From: Nannocystis bainbridge
Lineage (GTDB): Bacteria > Myxococcota_A > Polyangia > Nannocystales > Nannocystaceae
Assembly (NCBI RefSeq): GCF_028368995.1
Contig: NZ_JAQNDL010000001.1
Location: 4,192,001-4,256,000, forward strand
Direction of reading: 5' to 3'
Length of the DNA: 64,000 bases
Made by a program: the position numbers and the translations under genes
Notes under the pieces: generated by a model
The model's input: the letters and a program-made list of their open reading frames with translations, nothing else
Told to the model about the DNA's origin: nothing
Database searches by the model: none
Shown: in pieces, positions 38,653 to 46,990 of the stretch
Numbering within the stretch: position 1 is the first letter of the stretch
Layout of the letters: each line of letters begins with the position of its first letter

Positions 38653-41562
38653 TCACGGCTTGCCGCCGACCGTCAGCTGCACGCTGGCCCCGCGCGCCAG
38701 CCCCAGCGTCAGCGTCGTCTTCTCCGGCGCCCGCGTCAGCGCCCAGAACAGGTAGCTGTTCGGCCCTCGCACGTCTTGCCCATCGACGTTGACGATCTCG
38801 TCGCCCGCCACCACTCCTGCCGACGCTCCCGGCCCGCCCGGTCGCACGTGCGCCACCACCAGCCGCCGCTTCGCCGGCTCGTCGCCGGGCGCCGGCTCGC
38901 GGATCGCGAAGCCCAGGTCACCTCCGGTCTCTCGCGGCGCGACCCGCCGCCGCGCCAAGCGGATCGGCGCCAGCTCCACGGTCGTCGCCGCGGCCGACAG
39001 CGTCACCGGGATCGACGACCCGCCGAACTCGCTGTCCTGGACCATCGGCGACACGCTCACCAGGACCTGCCCGGTGGGCGCGTTGTGGAACTCGAACCGG
39101 CCCTCCGCGTCCGTCACGTTGGCCTTGCCGTCCTGCGCGCTCACCCCGGTCCCCGAGCCCGTCACCGTCACCGTGAGCCCAGGCGCCGGCTTGCCCTCGA
39201 GGTCGACCACCGTCCCGCGCACCGTCACCTTCGGCATCAACTCGATGCGCACGCCGCTGGTCTCCTCGCCAGCCGCGACCTTCACCCGCATCTCCGCGGC
39301 TCCTGCTCCCGCGCTCACCATCACCTTGAGCTCGCCGCCCGGCACCTCGGTGAAGCTCCAGGCCCCGTTCGTGCGGTAGAACTGGTCGGAGCGGCGGAAC
39401 CCCGTCGTCTCGTCGGACAGCCGCACCACGAACTCCTCCGGCGCCCCGCCGCCCGCCAGCACCACCGTCCCTGCCAATCGACTCGCCGGCGCCAGCGTCA
39501 GCGTCACCTCGCTGCCGAGCGCCACGTGCTCGACGATCGCCTCCCCGCCGCCGCGACGATGCGCCCGCAGCGTGTGCTTGCCTTCGTTCAGGTCCGTCAG
39601 CGTGAACCGTCCCTCGGCGTCGGTGAGGTTCGGCCGCTTGCCGAGGGTCCACCGCGTGTCGCGCGAGCCGTTGCCCTCCGCCGCCGAAGCGCTGTCCGAC
39701 TCGCGCGCCGCCTCGACGAACGCGTCGCTCACCACCGCCCCGTGTTCGTCGCGCACCACCCCCGAGATCTGCCCCGAAACGGTCGCCACCACCAGGTTCA
39801 CCGTCGTCACCGCGTCGGCCCGCACCTCGATCTTCTCACCCTGAAGGTCGTCGTCGCTGGTCCCCGGCGCTCGCAGCCTCTCCCAGTTCTTCTCCGCCTG
39901 GATTCGGTACTCGCCGACGCCCACGTTCTCGATGCGGAAGGTCCCGTCGTCCGCCACCACCCCGCCGATCCCCTGAGCCCCGCTCAGCCCCACCGACGCC
40001 CCGCGCACCGGCTGCCCCTTCGCGTCACGCACCGACCCGCGCACCTCTCCGACCGTCGGCAGCTCGATCCGCAGGCCCTCGAGATCCTGTCCCTTCGGCA
40101 AGGTTACTTCCATCGGCTTCGGCGTTGCGCGCGGCGGATCCCACGCCGACACCTGCACACCATAGGGCCCCGGGAGCAACCCCGTCACCTCGAAGCGCCC
40201 GCTCGTGTCGGTGCGAGCGTTCCACGACCGCGACTGCTGCGCGTGCGGTCGCGACGGATCTGGCCGCGGGTTGGCCCCCACCATCAGCTTCGCCACCGGC
40301 CGTCCGCCGGCGTCGACCACGGTCCCGCGGATCGCCTGCCCGCGCGTCACCTTCCACGCGATCCCGGACACGCTGCGGCCGTCCACCTTCACCTTTTCGT
40401 ACATGTCCTCCGAGACATGTCCTTCGCACCGCACCTCGACCTTGTACTCGCCCGGTCGCATCCCCCGCAGCCGCACCACCCCGTCCGCCTCGATGACTCC
40501 GCGCACCTGGCGAGCGCCCGCCCCGTCGCGCAGCTCCACCCATCCGACGTCGCAGCTGCTGCCGCCCTCGATCGCCACCTTCCCCTCGACGAAGAACGCC
40601 GGGTGCGCCGTGATCACCACCGGCTCCGAAGTCTCTCCGAGCCCCAGCATCACCTGCTCCTCCGCCAGCCCGTAGAGCTCGTCGGACTCCGCGCTCGGCT
40701 TGTAGGCCCCCGGTGACAGCCGATCGAGCCGGAACTGCCCCTGCGCGTCGGTCAGCGTCCAGCTCTCCCCGGCCGCCACGCGCACGTCCGCCAACGGCTC
40801 CCCGCTGCCCGCGCGCACCACCTTGCCGACCAGCACCGCCTCGGGCGTCAGGAAGATCTCGAAGAAGTGCCCCGGCGCCACGCCCCTGTCGTTGTTCGTC
40901 ACGTAACCCTCGGCGGAGCCTGCCAGCCCGAGCCCGCCCGGTCGCACCCACATCGAGAACTCGCCCTCGGGGCCCGTGAACGTCGACGACTGTCGGTGCC
41001 CTGCCACCCTCGCGCCCTCGATCGGTCCGCCGCTCAGGTCTCGCACCACCCCGCGCACCTCGACCCCGCCCTCCTCGAGCGCGATGTCGACGCCCAGCAG
41101 CTCCAGCCCCGGCCGCAGCTCGACCCACTCCCGCCGGCTCGCGCCTTCTCCGTGCGCATGCAACGTCGGGATGAACCCCGGCGCCGTCGCCACCACCTCG
41201 TGACGCAGACCGAACAGCCCCTCGATCCGGTAGTGCCCGTCGCGCTCGCTCGTCGCGCAGGTCAACTGGAACCGCTCCTCCGCCGTCAGCCGCTGGGAGT
41301 CCGTCGTCGCGCACACCCGCGCCCCCGCGACCGGCGAGCCCTTCACGTCGCGCACGAACCCCGCGACCGACGCTCGAGCTCCCAGCCGCGGATCGAAGGC
41401 CGGCAGCGACGGCTCCCCTTGACCACTCGACAGCCCTGCCTGCACCGGCGCCTCTGCGCGCCCGCCCGTCGTCGGCGCCGGCAGCTCGCTGCCCTCGCCC
41501 AGCCACCACAGCAACAGCCCGATCGCTCCCAGAACCACACCCGCGACGATCTCCCTGCGCAT
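38653..41562 (-). CDS. Membrane-anchored multi carboxypeptidase-regulatory/Cna-B-like repeat protein with C-terminal PDZ (paralog 1)
   Basis: N-terminal TM; repeated G-V-RD-G-PV-GA-V and TD-GRF beta-sandwich units; GDEIVNVDG PDZ. Confidence 0.85.
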   Translation of the reverse strand: MRREIVAGVVLGAIGLLLWWLGEGSELPAPTTGGRAEAPVQAGLSSGQGEPSLPAFDPRLGARASVAGFVRDVKGSPVAGARVCATTDSQRLTAEERFQLTCATSERDGHYRIEGLFGLRHEVVATAPGFIPTLHAHGEGASRREWVELRPGLELLGVDIALEEGGVEVRGVVRDLSGGPIEGARVAGHRQSSTFTGPEGEFSMWVRPGGLGLAGSAEGYVTNNDRGVAPGHFFEIFLTPEAVLVGKVVRAGSGEPLADVRVAAGESWTLTDAQGQFRLDRLSPGAYKPSAESDELYGLAEEQVMLGLGETSEPVVITAHPAFFVEGKVAIEGGSSCDVGWVELRDGAGARQVRGVIEADGVVRLRGMRPGEYKVEVRCEGHVSEDMYEKVKVDGRSVSGIAWKVTRGQAIRGTVVDAGGRPVAKLMVGANPRPDPSRPHAQQSRSWNARTDTSGRFEVTGLLPGPYGVQVSAWDPPRATPKPMEVTLPKGQDLEGLRIELPTVGEVRGSVRDAKGQPVRGASVGLSGAQGIGGVVADDGTFRIENVGVGEYRIQAEKNWERLRAPGTSDDDLQGEKIEVRADAVTTVNLVVATVSGQISGVVRDEHGAVVSDAFVEAARESDSASAAEGNGSRDTRWTLGKRPNLTDAEGRFTLTDLNEGKHTLRAHRRGGGEAIVEHVALGSEVTLTLAPASRLAGTVVLAGGGAPEEFVVRLSDETTGFRRSDQFYRTNGAWSFTEVPGGELKVMVSAGAGAAEMRVKVAAGEETSGVRIELMPKVTVRGTVVDLEGKPAPGLTVTVTGSGTGVSAQDGKANVTDAEGRFEFHNAPTGQVLVSVSPMVQDSEFGGSSIPVTLSAAATTVELAPIRLARRRVAPRETGGDLGFAIREPAPGDEPAKRRLVVAHVRPGGPGASAGVVAGDEIVNVDGQDVRGPNSYLFWALTRAPEKTTLTLGLARGASVQLTVGGKP
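40399..40426. repeat. In-frame two-unit cluster absent from the paralog
   Basis: gtacatgtcctccg|agacatgtccttcg; encodes EGHVSEDMYE versus NGFVSAERYE in the paralog. Confidence 0.85.
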
Positions 41563-41635
41563 CGACTCCGTCCTCACGCATCAACCTGGTCTTTGGGACA
41601 CCCGTGTCGACCTGTCCCTCGAGACATTTGATTCC

Positions 41636-44620
41636 TCACGGCGTCTTGCCGGCCGTCACCGCCACGCTCTTCCCGCTCAGCGTCCCGAACGTCACCGCCG
41701 TCCCCTCGAGCACCGCCGTCAGCCCATGATAGAGGTATGCGTTCGCCCCCGTCACGTCCTGCCCGTCGACGCTCGTGATGGTGTCGCCGATCTGCAGCCC
41801 GGCGAGCGCCGCCGGGCTGTTCGGCTGCACGTGGGCCACCGTCAGCTGCCGCGCCAGCGGATCGGCGCCCGGCTCCGACTCCTTGAATTTGAGGCCGAAG
41901 TAGCCGGACGCGTCGCCGTCCTTCACCCGGCGGCGGGCCACCTTGATCGGCGGCAAGTTCGTCACCGACGCCTCCGACGACAACACCGCCGGCATGTTCG
42001 TCCACGCGTACTCGTTGCTGCCCCAGCTGCGCGGGTGCACCGAGACTTGCACCTTCCCGCTCGGCGCGTTCGTCACCTCGTAGCGACCGCCCTCGTCGGT
42101 CACGTTGCGCTTCTCCTCGTCGCCGCCGCCGCCCGACCAGGTGCCCGGCGCGCTGACGTACACCTCCATCCCGGCGAGCGGCTTGCCCTCGGTGTCGACC
42201 ACCGACCCGCGGACCGTCACCTTCGGCGCCAGCTCGATGCGGACCCCGCTGGTGTCCTTGCCCGCGCTCATCGCCGCCTGCACCTCCGCCGTGCCCGGCC
42301 CTGCCGTCACCGACACCTTGTAGTTCCCGGCCGGCAGCTCCGACAGGCTCCATGACCCGCCCGTGCGGAAGAACTGGTCGGTGCGGCGATAGCCGGTCGC
42401 CTCGTCGATCGCCACGATCGTGAACTCCTCCGGCGACGTCCCGCCGCGCACGTTCACCATCCCGGACATCCGCCCCGCCGACGCGATCGTCACCACCACA
42501 TCGCTGCCGAGCTCCACGTGCTCGACGATCCCCTCGCCTCCGCCCTTGCGATGCGCCCGCAGCGTGTGCTTCCCGGTCGGCAATTGCTCGAGCGTGAACT
42601 TCCCGTCCTGATCGGTCAGGTTCGGCTTCTCGAAGAACTCACCCCAGCGGCCCTGACGGATCCCCGCCCCCGCCGCCTTCGTCGCGCTGTCCGACTCGCG
42701 CGTCGCCTCGATGAACGCGTCGGCCACCACCTCGCCGTCCTCGTCGCGCACGGTCCCCGAGATCCGCCCCGACGCGCTCTCGACCACCAGCTTCACCGTC
42801 GCCACCTTGCCCTCGCGCACCTCGACCCGCTCGCCCTGCACGTCGTCGTCACTGGTCCCCGGCGCCCGCATCGCGTCGCCCCACCAGCCGAGCCGCGCCG
42901 TCACGCGATAGTCGCCGCCGACCAGGCTCTCGAAGTGGAAGCTCCCGTCGTCCTTCGAGGTCGTCGACTGCCAGTGCACCCCGTCGCTGACGTTGACCTT
43001 CGCCGAGGCGATCGGCTGCCCTTTCGGATCGCGCACCGACCCCTGCAGCTCGCCGGACGGCGGCAGCTCGATCCGCAAGCCCGTCACGTCCTTCCCCTTC
43101 GTCACCTCCACCAGCGTCGGCTTCGCCGGCGTCGCCCGCGGCTTGCGCCACGTGTTCAGCGACAGCTCGTACGTCCCGGGCAGCAGCCCCGCCAGCTCGA
43201 AGCGGCCCTGCGCGTCGGTCTCGGGGCCCCACACGTTGGTCGTCTGGTGCCCGCGCGGCTGGCTCGGGTCCGGCTTGAGCGACGCGTCGAGGTTCACGTG
43301 CGACGCCGGCTTGCCGCTCGCGTCGACCACCACCCCGCGGATCGATTGCCCCTTCGCCACGTCCCAGCGCAGCCCCGTCACGCTCTTGTCGACCACCTTG
43401 ATCCGCTCGTAGCGCTCGGCCGACACGAACCCGTTGCAGCGGACGTGGACCTGATAATCACCCGGCAGCGCCCCGCGCTGGCGCACCGTCCCGTCGCTCT
43501 CGACCGACATCCACATGTCGCGGCCCTGCGCCGCGTCCTCGAGGCTGACCGAGCCGTCGACGCAGCTCGCCCCGCCCTCGGTCACGATCTTGCCCTCGAT
43601 GAGGAACGCCGGGTGCGCCTCGATCACGATCGGCGCCGAGGTCTCGCCGAGCCCGAGGATCACCTGCTCCTTCGCCACCCCGAGCGCGTCGTCGGCCTCC
43701 GCCCGCGCCTTGTAGGCCCCGGGCTCGAGCCCATCGATGCGGAACTCGCCGCTCGAATCGGTGTAGGCCGACTTCGGCATGAAGCCCCAGCCGCCCGTCA
43801 TCGCCGTCACCTGTGCCCCCTCGACCGGCCCGCCGCCCTCGCCCGCGCGCACCACCTTCCCGATCAGCACCGCCTCCGGCGTCAGGAACAGCTCGAACTC
43901 GTGACCCGGCGCCACGCCCTCTTCCGTGCCCAGCGCGTAGCCCTCGGCCCGCGCGATGATCCACAGCGGCCCTTCCTTCACCCACGCCGAGAACGACCCG
44001 TCGGCCGCCGTCCACGTGAACGTCGCGTCGGCGGCGACCTGCGCCCCCTCGACCGGCCCGCCGCTCAGGTCCTTCACGAACCCGTGGATCTCCACCCCGC
44101 CGTCCTCGAGCGTGATGTCGACGTCGAGCACCTCCATCTTCGGTCGCAGGTCGAGCCAGCTGCGCCGGCTCGCCCCCTCGCCCTGGTAATACGTCCCCGG
44201 CGCGAAGCCTGCCCCGCTCGCCAGCACCGTGTAGCGCACCGGATACAGCCCCTCGATCCGGTAGTGACCGTCGCGCTCGGTCTTCGCGCAGCTCGGCCGC
44301 TCCGTGTCCTTCGTCGCCAGCAGGTTCGAATGGGTCACCGCGCACACCTGTGCGCCCGCCACCGGCTGCCCGTTCGGGTCGCGCACCGTCCCCGCGATCG
44401 CGGCCCGCTCGGCGAGGCTCGGGTTCAGCGTCAGCGTCGGTCGCAGCTCCGGCAGGCTCGCCACGATCGCCTGCGCCGGCGCCAGGGCCTGCTCCTCCGC
44501 CGCCGGCAGCGCCGCGCTCTCGGCCCCGCTGCGCCACCACCACAGCGCCGCCGCCCCGGCCAGCCCCGCGATCACCAGCCATACCGGCCCTGTCCCTCGC
44601 GCCTCGTCTTGCTTGCTCAC
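41636..44620 (-). CDS. Membrane-anchored carboxypeptidase-regulatory-like repeat protein with C-terminal PDZ (paralog 2)
   Basis: Collinear with paralog 1 (APGTSDDD-QGE, AHR-GGGE-IVEHV-LGS); PDZ GDTITSVDG. Confidence 0.85.
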   Translation of the reverse strand: MSKQDEARGTGPVWLVIAGLAGAAALWWWRSGAESAALPAAEEQALAPAQAIVASLPELRPTLTLNPSLAERAAIAGTVRDPNGQPVAGAQVCAVTHSNLLATKDTERPSCAKTERDGHYRIEGLYPVRYTVLASGAGFAPGTYYQGEGASRRSWLDLRPKMEVLDVDITLEDGGVEIHGFVKDLSGGPVEGAQVAADATFTWTAADGSFSAWVKEGPLWIIARAEGYALGTEEGVAPGHEFELFLTPEAVLIGKVVRAGEGGGPVEGAQVTAMTGGWGFMPKSAYTDSSGEFRIDGLEPGAYKARAEADDALGVAKEQVILGLGETSAPIVIEAHPAFLIEGKIVTEGGASCVDGSVSLEDAAQGRDMWMSVESDGTVRQRGALPGDYQVHVRCNGFVSAERYERIKVVDKSVTGLRWDVAKGQSIRGVVVDASGKPASHVNLDASLKPDPSQPRGHQTTNVWGPETDAQGRFELAGLLPGTYELSLNTWRKPRATPAKPTLVEVTKGKDVTGLRIELPPSGELQGSVRDPKGQPIASAKVNVSDGVHWQSTTSKDDGSFHFESLVGGDYRVTARLGWWGDAMRAPGTSDDDVQGERVEVREGKVATVKLVVESASGRISGTVRDEDGEVVADAFIEATRESDSATKAAGAGIRQGRWGEFFEKPNLTDQDGKFTLEQLPTGKHTLRAHRKGGGEGIVEHVELGSDVVVTIASAGRMSGMVNVRGGTSPEEFTIVAIDEATGYRRTDQFFRTGGSWSLSELPAGNYKVSVTAGPGTAEVQAAMSAGKDTSGVRIELAPKVTVRGSVVDTEGKPLAGMEVYVSAPGTWSGGGGDEEKRNVTDEGGRYEVTNAPSGKVQVSVHPRSWGSNEYAWTNMPAVLSSEASVTNLPPIKVARRRVKDGDASGYFGLKFKESEPGADPLARQLTVAHVQPNSPAALAGLQIGDTITSVDGQDVTGANAYLYHGLTAVLEGTAVTFGTLSGKSVAVTAGKTP

Positions 44621-44623
44621 GCT

Positions 44624-44675
44624 CGACCTATCCTTTCAGACATGTTCATTACGACATGTACCCAAGACCTGCAGA
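44624..44675. repeat. 14-bp-phase cluster directly upstream of the paralog 2 start
   Basis: cgacctatcctttc|agacatgttcatta|cgacatgtacccaa. Confidence 0.75.
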
Positions 44676-45520
44676 CCCGCTCCACCTGCCTCGCCCTCGC
44701 CCACCGCCTCGCGCCCGCGTGCACGTCGAGGCGCCGCTCTACCGGCGCCCCGGCCGTCGCATTCCGGCCCCCGCGGACCGCAGCGTCCATGCCCCGCGCA
44801 TGATGCCGCGACCCGACGCCGCGGAGCGCCGTCACGAGCCCGGGCAAATACTCCCTCGCGCCACGGAGGTCCCGGGCCCGCACCGGCAGCCAACCTCGGG
44901 GCGCCAGCGAGGCCATCACAGCGACCGCCCCTCGCGCGCGCTCGTGGACACGCGCCAGCCGAGCCCGATCCGCCACGCCGTGGGCGACCCGTCCGTCGCC
45001 CAGGCCCGCGCGGACCCGCTCACCCCGCGGTCTCGCATCACGCCTCGACCCTCGCGCCCGGCCGCATCACGCACCGCTGCGGGCCGCCGCCGAACCTCGC
45101 CGGCCGGCCCCGCGAACCGTCTCCCCCGTGAAATCTCGGCCCCTTGCACGCGCGCGTCTCGTCTTGGCGACGTGTCCGTCAGGACATGTGATTTTCCCGC
45201 AACGCCCACGAACCCGCGGATGTTCCGGTCGGAGCGCATACGCAGGAGCAGGGGCCCACGATCTCACGAACCGCCGGCGATCGGCGGCTCTTCGTCGCGG
45301 CCTCGCCGGCCCCTCTCACGGCATCCGCGCCGCACCCGGGCCGCGGGGAATTCCACCGCCGTCTTGCGAAGAAAGGTCTCGTCGATCGCACCGCCTGCCC
45401 GCGACGCCGGCCCAGGGAGCGCTGGCCCCCACTTCGCTCGGCTTCGATCCATGACCGCGGCGGCCCCGCCCCGGGCGGTGCGCTGGCACCGAGCGATCAA
45501 AGGTGCCACCGTCACCGGGG

Positions 45521-46828
45521 ATGAAGGTCATCCACGCCGCCGACCTGCACATCGACAGCCCGCTACGCGGGCTCGGTCGCATCGAGGGCGCGCCTGTCGA
45601 CGACATCCGCCTGGCCACCCGTCGCGCCTTCAGCCGCCTCGTCGACACCTGTCTCGAAGACCAGGCCGCCCTCTTGATCCTCGCCGGCGACGTCTTCGAC
45701 GGCGAGTGGCGCGACTTCAACACCGGCCTCTTCTTCGTCCGCGAGCTCGCCCGCCTGCGCGACGTCGGCACCCGCGTCGTCATGGTCCGCGGCAACCACG
45801 ACGCCGAGTCCGTGCTCGCCCGCCACATCCCCCTGCCCGAGCACGTCCACACCTTCCCCGCCGAGGCCGCCGGCACCCTCGAGCTGCCCGCGCTCGGCCT
45901 CGCCGTGCACGGCCAGAGCTACGGCAACCGCAGCGTCGAGGACAACCTCGCCGAGTTTTACCCCGACCGCCGGCGCGACCTCGTCAACATCGGCGTCCTC
46001 CACACCAACGCCATCGGCTCCGCCGAGCACAGCAACTACGCCCCCTGCACCGTCCAGCAGCTCGTGCGCCGCGGCTACGACTACTGGGCCCTCGGGCACG
46101 TACACAAGCGCATCGTCCTCAACGCCGACCCGTGGGTCGTCTACCCCGGCAACCTGCAGGGTCGTCACGCCCACGAGACCGGCCCGCGCGGCTGCACCGT
46201 CCTCGACATCGACAACCTGAAGATCCGCAGCGTCGCCCACCGCGACCTCGACGTCCTGCGCTGGGCCGAGATCTCGCTCGCCGCCGCCGCCGCCGCCGAC
46301 ACCGACGACCTGCTCGGCAGCCTGCGCCTGCGCCTGCAACAGATCGTCTTCGAGGCCGGCGGCAGGCCCGTGCTCGCGCGCGTCCTCGTCGACGGCGCCA
46401 CCCACTTGCACGCCCGCCTCGCCGCCCACCCCGAGCCCTTCGCCGCCCAGGCGCGGGCGATCGCCGCCGACCTCGGCGACGTGTGGATCGAGCAAGTCCG
46501 CTTCCGCACCCGCCCGCCCGCCGAGACGGAGCACGGCGAGCTGCTCGCCCTCCACCAGGCCCTGCGCGACGAGCTCGAGGCCCTCGCCGCCGACCCCCAG
46601 CGCCTCGCCGAATACGGCCCCACCCTCGCCCCGCTCGGCGCCCTCGTCGCCCCCTTCCTCGGCACCCGCCCCGACGACCCCGAGCGCCTCGCCGCCCGCC
46701 TCCCCGAGGTCGAAGCCCTCCTCCTCGGCCTCCTCGCCCCCGACTACCCGCACCCGCGCCCGCCCGCCCACGTCCCCGCCCAGGACCCGCCGCCCCCCCG
46801 CGCGAGCAAGCACCCCGAGGTCCAATGA
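45521..46828 (+). CDS. Mre11/SbcD-like DNA repair exonuclease (YhaO type)
   Basis: HAADLHID, AGDVFD, GNHD, LHT, WALGHVH, YPGNLQGR. Confidence 0.92.
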   Translation: MKVIHAADLHIDSPLRGLGRIEGAPVDDIRLATRRAFSRLVDTCLEDQAALLILAGDVFDGEWRDFNTGLFFVRELARLRDVGTRVVMVRGNHDAESVLARHIPLPEHVHTFPAEAAGTLELPALGLAVHGQSYGNRSVEDNLAEFYPDRRRDLVNIGVLHTNAIGSAEHSNYAPCTVQQLVRRGYDYWALGHVHKRIVLNADPWVVYPGNLQGRHAHETGPRGCTVLDIDNLKIRSVAHRDLDVLRWAEISLAAAAAADTDDLLGSLRLRLQQIVFEAGGRPVLARVLVDGATHLHARLAAHPEPFAAQARAIAADLGDVWIEQVRFRTRPPAETEHGELLALHQALRDELEALAADPQRLAEYGPTLAPLGALVAPFLGTRPDDPERLAARLPEVEALLLGLLAPDYPHPRPPAHVPAQDPPPPRASKHPEVQ

Positions 46829-46990
46829 CCCGGCGCCCTCGGCCCCACCGCTCGCCCGCACCCCCGGCGAGCCCCGCCGCCGTTCGAGCGCCCGACCGTC
46901 ACGCGCATGTCTCTTGCGACATGTCCGTAAAGTCATACGCCCTCGGATCGGCCCGCATCCTCCGACCAGCCCCCGCTCTTCGAGTCACGC

